NCBI GenBank assembly: GCA_965217035.1
Contig: OZ244226.1
Location: 434,001-498,000 of the forward strand
Direction of reading: 5' to 3'
Length of the DNA stretch: 64,000 nt
DNA from: Bacteriovoracaceae bacterium
GTDB lineage: Bacteria; Bdellovibrionota; Bacteriovoracia; Bacteriovoracales; Bacteriovoracaceae
The position numbers and the translations under genes were made by a program. Position 1 is the stretch's first letter; every line of letters starts with the position of its first letter. A model generated the notes under the pieces. The model made no database searches and had not been told where the DNA came from. It saw only the letters and a program-made list of their open reading frames with translations. Positions 20,279-30,733 of this stretch are shown piece after piece.

Positions 20279-21421
20279 TTAATAATTAAGTTTTATAAAG
20301 ATTGGAAAGTGATCTGAAAAACCAGCTTTTTCTATCGTTGTCGCTCTATGATTATAAGACTTCGGAGTGTTCTTTTCCTGATGCTTAATTTTTCCTTCTC
20401 TCGTTTTACTCACATAAGTTCGTGTAATGAAATCAGGAGTATAAATCTCATAAGTATTAAGATCGACATCTGCACCGACACCATCTAACAAGTTACTTGA
20501 AACGAAGAAACGATCAAGATGATTCCACACTCTTCCACGCCCATAATAATAAGTCCCTTTAGGCATATTCGTTTTTTCAATATCTCCACTTGATACCGCA
20601 TCCGCATGAACATAAAGAAGATCTTCGATATCAGAACCTACAAGTAATTCATCTCTGAATGGATGAGGGATATCTTTTTTTCCATTTTTTGTTGTATTGA
20701 AATCTCCTGTTGCCAAAAGAAGAGCATCTGGGTTTTCTGCTTTTCTTTGATTCATGACTTCTTTGAGTTTTCTAGCTGCGATAAGACGAGGCTCAGAATT
20801 AGGTGCATGCTGAGACGGCCAGTGGTTTACGAAAACATGAAGCGCTTGAATTCCCTTTTCTGTTCTTAAGTTGAATTTAACTTCAAGAATTGGTCTTGTC
20901 GGATGATCTTCTCCCGTTGCAACGTGGTGAGCGATAACTGAATCCTTCCCTCTTGCTTTTTTAAGTTCCTTCGTTTTGTTATAAAGAATACCGACATCAA
21001 CCCCTCTTTTATCAGGGCCATCAGTCACAATAACTTTTTTGTAGCCTAAAGTCTTAGCAAGTTTCTTAGTAATTCTTTTATTTTCAATTTCTGTTAAAGC
21101 AAGAATATCTGGTATCTTCTTTCTAGAATCAAATACCTTTTTGATTTGAGTAAGCTTCATTTTAATTTTGCTTTTTGTCCAATCAGTTGGTCTTGGGTTT
21201 TTACAGGCCCTTTTATCAAAACTATTCTTAGGATTTTCACATCTTTTCTTATGATAAGCTTGATACTTTTTCGACTTAGCGGGCATATATTCGAAATCAG
21301 TCTTCCCCTTATCATGCTTGGAATCGAAAAGGTTGTGAACATTATAAGCTCCAATCTCAATTTGACCGGCCAAAACTGTCAAAGTTGATATAAAGGCAAT
21401 AAATCCAGTGAATGCTTTCAT
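20279..21421 (-). CDS. Secreted endonuclease/exonuclease/phosphatase family protein
   Basis: Signal peptide; YNVHNLFD, NHWPS, GDFN, LDRF, SDHFPI. Confidence 0.88.
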   Translation of the reverse strand: MKAFTGFIAFISTLTVLAGQIEIGAYNVHNLFDSKHDKGKTDFEYMPAKSKKYQAYHKKRCENPKNSFDKRACKNPRPTDWTKSKIKMKLTQIKKVFDSRKKIPDILALTEIENKRITKKLAKTLGYKKVIVTDGPDKRGVDVGILYNKTKELKKARGKDSVIAHHVATGEDHPTRPILEVKFNLRTEKGIQALHVFVNHWPSQHAPNSEPRLIAARKLKEVMNQRKAENPDALLLATGDFNTTKNGKKDIPHPFRDELLVGSDIEDLLYVHADAVSSGDIEKTNMPKGTYYYGRGRVWNHLDRFFVSSNLLDGVGADVDLNTYEIYTPDFITRTYVSKTREGKIKHQEKNTPKSYNHRATTIEKAGFSDHFPIFIKLNY

Positions 21422-21687
21422 CTTAAGTTCTCCATCTATCTATTTATAAAATTTAAATTCATTATTTTTAACTCAATATGCTATCGCGAACAACTCGATT
21501 GAATAAAAGCTAAGGTCATGTAAAAATTTCACACAAAAGGACGTATATGCTTATAATCAACACTTTCCTCGTTTTTGGGCGTAGAGAGACTTTCAGCTCT
21601 CTCCTAAGCATGAAAAACGTAAGAATTATAGGTTAATGCTCCCCACAATTAGACTTTTGAAATGGTTTTGGTGTAGAAACCAGTCAT

Positions 21688-22770
21688 ATGGACTTTAAAT
21701 GGCTTGTACTCTTATTCATCTCCCTAAACTCCTTCGCTTCTTCGCGAGAACTCAAAGAAACTCTTCATAAAGTAAGGAAGGAGTATTCTCTGCCTTCTTT
21801 AAGCGCGGCATTTCTACAAGAGGGAGAATTAGAAGAAATCGGGACTGTCGGTATTAGAAAAGTCGGACACAAAGCTAAAACGACTATTAAAGATAAGCAT
21901 CATATTGGTTCTTGTGGAAAGTCTATGACGGCAACACTTGCTGCACTCTTAATAGAAAAAGGATACTTTTCTTGGGATTCAACTTTAGAAGAATTATTGC
22001 CCGATTTTCAGATTCATAGAAGCTTGAGAAAAGTGACTCTTGAACTTTTACTCTCTCATTTTAGTGGATTAGTGGAAAACCCAGGTGAATTTTCGAGCTC
22101 TTCTTCAACAATAAAAGATAGAAGAATCATTGCTAAAAAGATTCTTGCTTTCCCCCCTAAGTATTCACCTAAAAAGGAATTTCATTATAGTAATACGGGA
22201 TATATTATAGTGGGCCATATTATGGAATCTCTCACTAAAACAAGTTGGGAGAACCTTATGCGGAAATTTCTTTTTAAGCCTCTCCGAATGAGAACTTGTG
22301 GTTTTGGGCCTACTAGTAAGAAGGGAGAAATTATTCCTTCTCAGCCATGGGGTCACAAAGTTATTAATGGAAAAATAACACCTATTCAAACAGACAATGC
22401 TCCTAGCTTCGGACCAGCAGGAACAATCCATTGCTCTTTAATCGATTGGAGTAAGTATCTCAACATGCATATCAATGGCTTTAATGGAAAGAGCAAATTT
22501 CTCAATCGAAAAAGTTTCAAGAAACTTTATACAAAATTTCCAGTAGAAGGCAATCATTATACTTATGGCGGCTGGTTTCGTTTAGAGCGCTCTTGGGCCA
22601 AAGGCGCTGTCCTTACTCATACAGGAAGCAATACTCTAAATTTTGCTAATGTCTGGGTTGCTCCTGAAGTTCAATCAGCTATTGTGAGCACCACAAATTT
22701 TAATATGAAATCTCGAGAGGCCACAAATAAAGTCATTGTGGAAATTATTCAAAGAAGACTCGATCCTTAA
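21688..22770 (+). CDS. Serine hydrolase, beta-lactamase/PBP-like
   Basis: SCGK (SxxK), YSN, HTGS; signal peptide. Confidence 0.9.
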   Translation: MDFKWLVLLFISLNSFASSRELKETLHKVRKEYSLPSLSAAFLQEGELEEIGTVGIRKVGHKAKTTIKDKHHIGSCGKSMTATLAALLIEKGYFSWDSTLEELLPDFQIHRSLRKVTLELLLSHFSGLVENPGEFSSSSSTIKDRRIIAKKILAFPPKYSPKKEFHYSNTGYIIVGHIMESLTKTSWENLMRKFLFKPLRMRTCGFGPTSKKGEIIPSQPWGHKVINGKITPIQTDNAPSFGPAGTIHCSLIDWSKYLNMHINGFNGKSKFLNRKSFKKLYTKFPVEGNHYTYGGWFRLERSWAKGAVLTHTGSNTLNFANVWVAPEVQSAIVSTTNFNMKSREATNKVIVEIIQRRLDP

Positions 22771-22791
22771 CTTTAAAACACTTACAGAATT

Positions 22792-22867
22792 TCAATAGCT
22801 TAGAAGCACAACCGATAAAAACGATCGAGCTTTTTCTCATAAAATAATTTCACATGTTTACCGATAA
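22792..22867 (+). promoter_or_regulatory. Two tandem sigma28 (FliA)-like promoters
   Basis: TCAA-N15-ACCGATAA (22792-22818) and TAAA-N16-ACCGATAA (22840-22867). Confidence 0.55.
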
Positions 22868-22873
22868 AGATAT

Positions 22874-25188
22874 GTGAGAATTTTAATCATTCTAATACTT
22901 TATCCGTTTCTTTCTGTTTTTTCACAGAATTATACAGAATCAGACCTTATCGGAATATATGAAAGGTTTGCTCAAATAGATGATCTCCATTCTCTCAACA
23001 TTCTTAACAATAAAGTTCGAAAACTAAATGAAAGTGGAGAGATAAAACTAGAAGGAGCTCTGAAGGATAAACTCTTACAAACTCATCAATACCTTAAAAT
23101 TAGAACAAAACTTAAAGAATGCTTAAAAAACTCTAATCAAGAAATGAAGATGGGGTTAGATAAAGCAATTCTCGGAATGTTGAAAAAAGATATCTATAAT
23201 TCCGACACTGCTAAAACATTTCAGAACTGTAAACAGGTCGGTCAGTTATGGAAAAATCTAGAAGGATTTAAAGGCTTCCTTGATAAGACTTATAGTTCAA
23301 GTGATCGCTATAAATACTATTCAGACGTTCAAGGACAGCTTTATGACGAAGCCATGAGTAATGCCATGAAAACATACGCTGATCTTAGTCGTTATGGCTT
23401 CGAAGGGACTCCTGAGGAGTGGAACGAGTTTCTTTATAAAGAACTCAGAAAGGAATTTTGTAAACCTGTTCAGGTTCCAATCGATCGACTTAAAACACCT
23501 CAAGATGGATCAAATCGAGTTCCCATATTTGGAAAGACGGAACCCAATTGCCATAGCCTTGCAAAAAATATTACCCAAGAGTTTTCGCATCGAGAAAGAG
23601 TTCCTCTCGATGATGCAGCTAAAATGCTTAATGAAAGTGTCGATCAACTTGATGAAAAGATGATGCAAGTAAGAAGCTCCATGAAAGATAGAGACTACCT
23701 GGCATACAAATCGACTTATCAAGAAATTTTATCTAAATCTCCGGGAACTTTACTCTTAACTGATGTGTTACAAAGTCGAGAGCAAGGAATAGGCGCTCTT
23801 GTTGAAGAAAAAGATATTTACAGTAACCTCAAGCCAGTTTTCCACAATAGGATCGAAACCAAGAATGATAAGCATCTCAAAATTTTGGAAAAGGCTTTAG
23901 AAGAGGCAAAGAAGAAAACCAAAAAAGGAATAGCAAAAATTCATCAAGATTTTTACCAAAGAGATTATGATGATTTTGAAGCCAATAATTACTTTGATAT
24001 TAGAGGTACAGTTCTTAAAGATCGAAGAAAGTCTGATATTAAGAAAATTGTCACTTCCTACCCTTCAGCTGCAGCACAAGTCCTCCATGATACTCCCCTC
24101 CATCTCTATGCTATTTGCGAAGCTATTATAAATGCCGAAAAATCAAGAGAAAAAGATGAAAAGCTTGATAAGGCCGTGATGTGGGGTGGCCTCATTGTCG
24201 GAGGATTTCTTCTCGCTACTGGGATTGGATCAGGAACTGGAGCCGTTTTAATTGTTGGAGCTTTAAGTGCAGGATATAGCACTCGTGTCGCGATTAAGAG
24301 TTATAACGAATATAAGCATCATGAAGCTGCCCTTTACACAAACAATTCTCATGATATCCAAGCTCTCGATAAGAGTTATAAAAAATTCAAAGAAGCTTTG
24401 ATTTTTGCTGCAGCAGATATCGTTTTAGCAGTTGCAGATCCAAAAGTCATAAAGGCGCTGTCTAAGTTAAAACCAAAAGAAATTGATAATGTTACAGAGG
24501 TAATAAAAGAACTTCCTCCAAATTCAACTAAAATGAGCTCCTAGAAGCTATTGCAAAAAAAGGTAGTCCCATTGAACTTGCTAAAAAGAAGGTTATTCCA
24601 TCACCTTCAAAATATAAGACTATTATTGAGATTCCTGTTAATGACCTCAATGAAGCACAAATAAAACTTTTAAAAGAGCTAGAAGAGGTTAAAAATGCTG
24701 GTCCAATAAAAGAAGTAGCTCCCAATCTTAAAGGAGCAACCAAAAAGAAATATAAAACAACTGAAATGGTATCTCATAAAAAAGGGGAAGAATTTGGTGA
24801 AGTCTATGAAACGAAAGTTGCCTATTTCTCTGATGATATTAGAGATCATTACAAAGTATATGTTAACAAGGAAGGAAAGCTTGTTAATTATCAAGGGAAA
24901 CCATTAGACTTTCAAATGGGTAACTTTACAATGGATGGTTCAGGTGAAATTTATTACTTTGAAAAAGGGATTAATGGCATCATTCATCATTCCTCCCCTT
25001 TAAGAGGAGAAGCTGCTGGATCAGCCGGAATGCTCTCTATAGATGATGGTGTTTTGAAGGTTATCAATAATCAATCAGGTCATTACGATTATCCTCCTGA
25101 TGAGCTTTTCAATCAATTTATTGATGAGCTGAAAGATCGTGGAGCTAATCTCGGAGAAATGCAAAGACAGAACTTCAGTCATTGGTAA
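22874..25188 (+). pseudogene. Large secreted protein with toxin-like C-terminal domain, split by a 1-nt frameshift near 24530-24541
   Basis: Frame 2 stops at 24544; frame 1 is open 24532-25188; signal peptide, Gly-rich TM hairpin, HHSS...AG.L...NNQSGHY..P. Confidence 0.7.
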
Positions 25189-25287
25189 GTATTAATATTT
25201 TTTATATCAACTATAAGATTTAATAATTTTTAATTATGTAAATAAATAGCTAACTTCATAGGTAAGGGAATATTGGTGGAGGTTAGC

Positions 25288-26307
25288 TTGAGAAATCTTG
25301 AACATTCAATTGGAACTGGTTTTATTAAGAGTTCTGAACAAACTCTTGCAAGGTTAATCCTTAACGAGTTTATAAAGCATCGCAGGATAGTTCAAAGCTC
25401 AACGACAAACTCTCAAAACTCTTATGAACAATGTCTTATCCCTCATCTTCCAAAGGTTGAAAAGGCCATCCAAAATGATGAGCCTGTGACTCTAGTTCTC
25501 CCTGCTTTCCCTGGAAAGTCTCCTAATCCTGCTAAAGTCTTAGGCCCTCTTCCTGATACAGCTGAAAAACAGGCGTTGATCTTTCTCAATGATCTTTGTG
25601 AAAAGATCAAACTTGTTTACTCACCAGGAGCAAAAATTATTCTCTGCTCTGACGGTCGCGTCTTTAGCGACGTCGTTGGAATGAAAGAAGAGAATGTAAC
25701 CATTTATAATAATGAAATTAAAAATATTATCGAGCGGCTCGGACTCACTCACCTCTCAACTTTTAATCTCGATGAACTCAGTAAAAAACTCAATTTTGAT
25801 GAGCTTCGAGCAGATCTCATGAATACATATGGCCAAACAAAAGAAACTCTTCGTGAAAAAGTCATTCGAGGTTGCAAAGGATCAAAAGATCCTACCGATC
25901 AAGAAGCTCATCGGATGTATTGTGGAATCACTCGTTTTCTTGTGGAAGATTCGACCTTTCCCCATCAGGAAAGAAGCCGAAGTTCGATTCAAAAAGAATG
26001 TCGAAAAAGAGCTTATCAAGTTATTTTAAGAAGCAATGCTTGGAGTAAACTGATTGAAGAAATTTTTCCAGATGCCGTCAGACTCTCTATTCACCCTCAA
26101 TCATCCGGATCACGAAAACTTGGAATTAAATTATTGGAGGGAGATAATTGGATCACACCTTGGCATGGTGTCGCAGTCGATACTGGAGAAAACTTTGTCC
26201 TGATGAAGCGATCAGAGGCTGAAAAACTTGAGATTGAAATGATTTATGATATCAAAGGACGTCCGACTCATTATCGTTTACGTCAAGGAGTGACTAATGA
26301 ACTTTAA
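25288..26307 (+). CDS. pvcA: Isocyanide (isonitrile) synthase, PvcA/IsnA/Dit1 family
   Basis: LPAFPGKSPN, SDGRVFSD, RLSIHPQ, TPWHG; GGAGG RBS before TTG 25288. Confidence 0.92.
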   Translation: MRNLEHSIGTGFIKSSEQTLARLILNEFIKHRRIVQSSTTNSQNSYEQCLIPHLPKVEKAIQNDEPVTLVLPAFPGKSPNPAKVLGPLPDTAEKQALIFLNDLCEKIKLVYSPGAKIILCSDGRVFSDVVGMKEENVTIYNNEIKNIIERLGLTHLSTFNLDELSKKLNFDELRADLMNTYGQTKETLREKVIRGCKGSKDPTDQEAHRMYCGITRFLVEDSTFPHQERSRSSIQKECRKRAYQVILRSNAWSKLIEEIFPDAVRLSIHPQSSGSRKLGIKLLEGDNWITPWHGVAVDTGENFVLMKRSEAEKLEIEMIYDIKGRPTHYRLRQGVTNEL

Positions 26308-27127
26308 AACAAAAAGATTACAACCCTTTGGAGTTCTTATTGAACCCTTAGAAGAAGACACAAAGATCCAAGATCTCGATATTATGAAGCTTCGAGAAAA
26401 ATTTAAAGAGGAACACCTTCTTGCGCTCAGAGGTTTTAAGACCTTCGAGAATTCTGATGATTTCTCAAACTATTGTGAGAACTGGGGAGAAGTGAGTTTA
26501 TGGCCTTTTGGAAAAGTTCTCGAACTGATAGAACAAGAGAAACCAAAAGATCATATCTTTGATAATAGTTACGTTCCTCTTCACTGGGACGGAATGTACA
26601 GAAAACAAGTCCCTGAAATTCAAATTTTTCACTGCGTGAGTGCCCCTCAAAAGAATCAGGGAGGTCGAACGACTTTTTCTCATACCCCGATGGTTCTTTC
26701 GCAACTGGAAGAAGAGCAATTCAAATCTTGGGAAAATGTTATTGGTGTTTATAAAAGAAAGATGGAATTCTATGACAGTAAGACAATTGCTCCTCTTATC
26801 ACAAAGCATCCAGAGAGAAATTTTTCTGTGATCCGCTATTGCGAGCTTCCTTTAGAAAATGATAAATCATTTCTTAATCATCCTAATTTTGAATTTAAAG
26901 GAATCGATCAACCTAAGGAATTTCATCAAAGACTGAAGAAAGCGCTTTATAACCCAGAAAATTTTTATGCTCATGAGTGGCAAACGGGAGATATCGTCAT
27001 CTCAGATAATTATACACTTCTTCATGGCAGAGAGTCTTTCATAAGCGGCACTCCCAGACATTTACAAAGAGTTCAGATTCTTGGAAGACCAGCACTTGAT
27101 AACCCTCACCTCGCTGATTATCAATGA
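26297..27127 (+). CDS. pvcB: Fe/2-oxoglutarate dioxygenase, PvcB/IsnB (TauD family)
   Basis: VPLHWDG (HxD), DNYTLLHGR, RHLQRV; overlaps pvcA. Confidence 0.9.
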   Translation: MNFKTKRLQPFGVLIEPLEEDTKIQDLDIMKLREKFKEEHLLALRGFKTFENSDDFSNYCENWGEVSLWPFGKVLELIEQEKPKDHIFDNSYVPLHWDGMYRKQVPEIQIFHCVSAPQKNQGGRTTFSHTPMVLSQLEEEQFKSWENVIGVYKRKMEFYDSKTIAPLITKHPERNFSVIRYCELPLENDKSFLNHPNFEFKGIDQPKEFHQRLKKALYNPENFYAHEWQTGDIVISDNYTLLHGRESFISGTPRHLQRVQILGRPALDNPHLADYQ

Positions 27128-28497
27128 AAGTTCAGACCGACTTAACTATTATAGGAGCTGGTCCTGTCGGTTTGATGTGTGCTTATCTAGCGAAGATCTG
27201 TGGGCTTCAAACTGTCATTATCGATAAATCGGAAGGACCTCTTAAAGTCGGAAGGGCCGATGCTCTCAATGCTCGAACTTTACAGTTCTTAGAAATAGCA
27301 AATCTTTTTGAAGAAGTTTATCCTCTGGGAAGGCCCTGTAATACCAGTTCTATTTGGAAAGATGGGAAGTTTATCTCAAGACAATCCTCTTGGTGGGATG
27401 AGCTTGAAGGTTGCTTTCATAAGCATTTTTTGATGCTCGGACAATCTCATATTGAAAGAATTCTCGATCAAAAACTCGAAGTAAGTCGATCTACTAGCGT
27501 TGAAGACATTCAAGTTGATGAAGATAAATGCCACACAACTCTTTCTAACGGAGATATGATTGAATCAAAATATATCATTGGAACTGACGGATCTCGCTCA
27601 TTTGTTAGAAACCACTTTAAAATTCCTTTTGAAATTACTAGACCTAAAATTATTTGGGCCGTCATCGATGGCGTCATAGAGACTGATTTTCCAAAGGTTC
27701 CAGAAATTATTGTTTTTCAAAATGAAACATCTGACGTTGCATGGATTCCTCGAGAAGGAAAGATCGATCGATTTTATATTAGGATGGATAAAAAAGAATT
27801 CACTCAAGAGGAGGTTCTCACAAAAATCAATCGGGCCATCTGTCCTCATCAATTAAGTTTTAAAGAAATCGAATGGTTTTCTCAGTTCTCAGTAAAAGAA
27901 TCAGTCGCTGAGAAATTTTACGCTAATGAGAGAGTTTTTCTTGCGGGAGATGCCTGTCATATCCATTCAGTGAATGGTGGTCAGGGACTCAATACAGGTC
28001 TTGCTGATGCTTTTAATTTGATATGGAAATTGAATATGGTTATCAACCATCGAGCTGAGAAGAATCTTCTGAAAACTTATGAAGAAGAAAGAAAGCCTGT
28101 CGCTCTTAGTGTGATTGACTTTTCAGGAGAATTGGTTCGTTCTACAAAATATTCAGAAACCGGGACTCATGCTGAAGATTATGTGAAAATCGTTGAAAAA
28201 CGAGCTGGAAATATCACAGGAATGGGAATTCGTTATCAAGGTGAAGACATTCAAGGAAGTCGAATTTTCGATCAAGAGGTCATGATAGATAATCAGAAAA
28301 CGAGACTCTATTCTCTGCTTGATTATTCAAAATACACTCTTTTTATCTTTGGAAATGCCCAAGAGATAACAACAGAACTCCCTACAAAAACAATTCGTCT
28401 TTCAAACTCAGAGTACTACTCCAATCAAGCCCTTTTAGTAAGACCTGATGGCTATATTAATCTTGTAACTCCTCAGAGCATTTCTGATTGGTCTTAG
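27124..28497 (+). CDS. FAD-dependent monooxygenase (aromatic hydroxylase type)
   Basis: GAGPVG, DGSRS, LAGDACHIHS..GGQGLNTG, LVRPDG; ATGA overlap. Confidence 0.9.
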   Translation: MKVQTDLTIIGAGPVGLMCAYLAKICGLQTVIIDKSEGPLKVGRADALNARTLQFLEIANLFEEVYPLGRPCNTSSIWKDGKFISRQSSWWDELEGCFHKHFLMLGQSHIERILDQKLEVSRSTSVEDIQVDEDKCHTTLSNGDMIESKYIIGTDGSRSFVRNHFKIPFEITRPKIIWAVIDGVIETDFPKVPEIIVFQNETSDVAWIPREGKIDRFYIRMDKKEFTQEEVLTKINRAICPHQLSFKEIEWFSQFSVKESVAEKFYANERVFLAGDACHIHSVNGGQGLNTGLADAFNLIWKLNMVINHRAEKNLLKTYEEERKPVALSVIDFSGELVRSTKYSETGTHAEDYVKIVEKRAGNITGMGIRYQGEDIQGSRIFDQEVMIDNQKTRLYSLLDYSKYTLFIFGNAQEITTELPTKTIRLSNSEYYSNQALLVRPDGYINLVTPQSISDWS

Positions 28498-28769
28498 CAA
28501 CTTGCTTAACATCGTCACCTTTATTCCAACGATCAAGAATATTGATAAAGAACCATCCAGGTGTGTCGTTATAAAAAAGATAAATCTTTCCATCGATTTT
28601 CTTAAATGTGGTTGGATTCACTTCAACTAATCCCTTATCCTTCGCTAAAGCATAAACACAATAACCATTGTATTGAGGCCAATATTTTTCTGGTTTTTCA
28701 CTAAAAAGCTTTTTATTCTTCTCTGAACTAAAGTGAAAGCGAGAAAAGAAATAATATAATTGCTTTCAT
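28457..28769 (-). pseudogene. YHS-domain protein remnant with internal deletion and frameshift
   Basis: AAGGAG + MKAIILFLFSLSL*, then shifted frame RFHFSSEKNKKLFSEKPEKYWPQYNGYCVYALA...FKKIDGKIYLFYN. Confidence 0.8.
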
Positions 28770-28903
28770 TTAAGCTCCTTTGTTGATTTTTCTTTGTATT
28801 TCGAAAATCTTCAAAAATCCTTCTTATCTTTTCTAAAACTTCACACTCAGATATTCCTCGAAAACGTTTTTCAAAAAATTCTGTTAAATAGTCCGAAGTA
28901 TGG

Positions 28904-30283
28904 TCAAGCTCGATACACTTTATTCGCTGCTTCCTCTATAAATTTTAAAACTTGGTCAAGGTGCTGGTTTTCTAGATCGGGATTTGTAAAGGCAATTCTA
29001 AAAAAGTGACCATCTTTATCCTTTGAATAATTAACCATTAATTTTCCAGTTTTCAAAAGCTCTGTCCTTATCTCCTCTTCCTTACGAGATCCATCTTCTG
29101 AAGCATATCGAAAACAAACATTAATTGAATGAGGTTTTTTGATAAGATTAAACTTTTGACTTTTTTGAATAAGCTCTGTGAAATAAATTGATTGTTCGAA
29201 AAGTCGATTCACTCTTTTTTCAAAAGAATTAGAACCAAATCTTAACCATGTTAACCAAAGTTTCAAGATATCATTGCGACGACCACACTGTAGCGATGAG
29301 ACCCCTAAATTATAATTTTCAACGTCATGAAAAAGATAAGAATCATTATCACTACTTAATGTTTTTTGAAGAACTCCTTTCTCTTTCGTTAATAAAAAAG
29401 CGCAAGGAAGATTAAGACCAAGCATTTTGTGGAAATCCCAAGTAACAGAATCAGCGAGTTCTATTCCATTCATGAGTTTTTTATGTTTATCACTAAGAAG
29501 AGCACTGCCACCATAAGCCGCATCAACATGAAACCAAATTTGTTTCTCTTTACAAATTTTTCCTATACTTTCTATATCATCAAAAGAACCTTCTACTGTT
29601 GAACCAGCTGTAGAGACAATACAAAAAGGATAAAATTCTCTGGAATCAAGATCTCTTAACGTTTTCTTTAATGCCTCAACAGTCATAACGCCATCATTAT
29701 TCGTTTCAACTTCGACTAATTGCTCTTGACCTAACCCAAGTATGTTTGCTGTTCTCTTTATTGAATAATGACAATTATCAGCAGTTAGAATAACAGGATT
29801 TTTTTTAAGTGCTCTGAGCCCTTTATTTTTTACACTTTCAAGTTGGCTATTTCTCGCAGCTAATAATGCTTGAAGATTGGAAGCTGTCCCTCCACTCGTC
29901 ATGATCCCATCACATACTTCTTCCCAAATCATCTTTGTAAGATAATCAAGCATTTTACGTTCTAATAGAGTTGCAACAGGAGCTGCTTCATAGGTATACA
30001 TCGATGTGTTTGTAAGAGAACTAAGGAGCTCTCCAAGAACACTTGTTTCTTGTGTTCTCGACCAGAGTTGATTGAGATACATGTCATGATTAGTATTAAC
30101 CGAGTACTCGATATAATTCGATAAAAATTTTTGAAAATCTTGCCGTGGAGCACCTTCATTCTTCAAACTCAGATCAATCAATTTTGATAATTCATCAGGA
30201 GGAAGAAAGTTATTTAATCTCTCTTTTCTTATTGCCTCTAGTTTTGCAAGAATAAAGTCAAAGTTCTCTTTTAAGACACTCAT
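28904..30283 (-). CDS. Group II PLP-dependent decarboxylase (GAD/CSAD-like)
   Basis: NTSMYTYE.APV, SGGTASN, HYS, HVDAAYGG, WDFHK, LQCGRRND. Confidence 0.9.
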   Translation of the reverse strand: MSVLKENFDFILAKLEAIRKERLNNFLPPDELSKLIDLSLKNEGAPRQDFQKFLSNYIEYSVNTNHDMYLNQLWSRTQETSVLGELLSSLTNTSMYTYEAAPVATLLERKMLDYLTKMIWEEVCDGIMTSGGTASNLQALLAARNSQLESVKNKGLRALKKNPVILTADNCHYSIKRTANILGLGQEQLVEVETNNDGVMTVEALKKTLRDLDSREFYPFCIVSTAGSTVEGSFDDIESIGKICKEKQIWFHVDAAYGGSALLSDKHKKLMNGIELADSVTWDFHKMLGLNLPCAFLLTKEKGVLQKTLSSDNDSYLFHDVENYNLGVSSLQCGRRNDILKLWLTWLRFGSNSFEKRVNRLFEQSIYFTELIQKSQKFNLIKKPHSINVCFRYASEDGSRKEEEIRTELLKTGKLMVNYSKDKDGHFFRIAFTNPDLENQHLDQVLKFIEEAANKVYRA

Positions 30284-30294
30284 TACGATCCTTA

Positions 30295-30585
30295 TTAGAT
30301 TTGAATATTTAAAATTTTGAGTTTCTCTTTTGTAAGGACAACGTTGAGAGCTGAGGTAATTATCACGAGAATGGTCAAAGAAAAAAGTAAGCCTCCATCG
30401 CCTTGCACTTCAATTCCAAGGATAAAGAGATGGCTCAAAATTGCTCCCGCTATAACTCCTATAGCACCTAACCCTAATCTATCGAAAACATAGACAGACT
30501 CTGGAGCCCCAGAGAACTTGAAGACAAGAGTTTGAAAAAGAATCACACTTGCAATTAATCTCAATGACCAGGCCAGACACTTCAT
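30295..30585 (-). CDS. DoxX-like membrane protein, apparently internally deleted
   Basis: QTLVFKFSGAPESVYVF..LG joined directly to GAILSHLFILGIEVQGDGG. Confidence 0.7.
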   Translation of the reverse strand: MKCLAWSLRLIASVILFQTLVFKFSGAPESVYVFDRLGLGAIGVIAGAILSHLFILGIEVQGDGGLLFSLTILVIITSALNVVLTKEKLKILNIQI

Positions 30586-30733
30586 AAAATCTCCTTATGG
30601 ATTAGTATTCTCCTTTAAGCTTAAAATGTTTACAGGTATTTTTATAAATATCTCAGGTCGTTCCCGCTAGCATACGCATGTTTGAATTGACGAACATGTG
30701 ATAAAAAGAGATAACTAAACTCCATAACGTACC

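Noticed and set aside
24528..24894. Two short minus-strand ORFs
   Set aside because: Antisense shadows of the open + frame 24532-25188
28794..29009. 71-aa + strand ORF
   Set aside because: Overlaps the decarboxylase antisense; no motif
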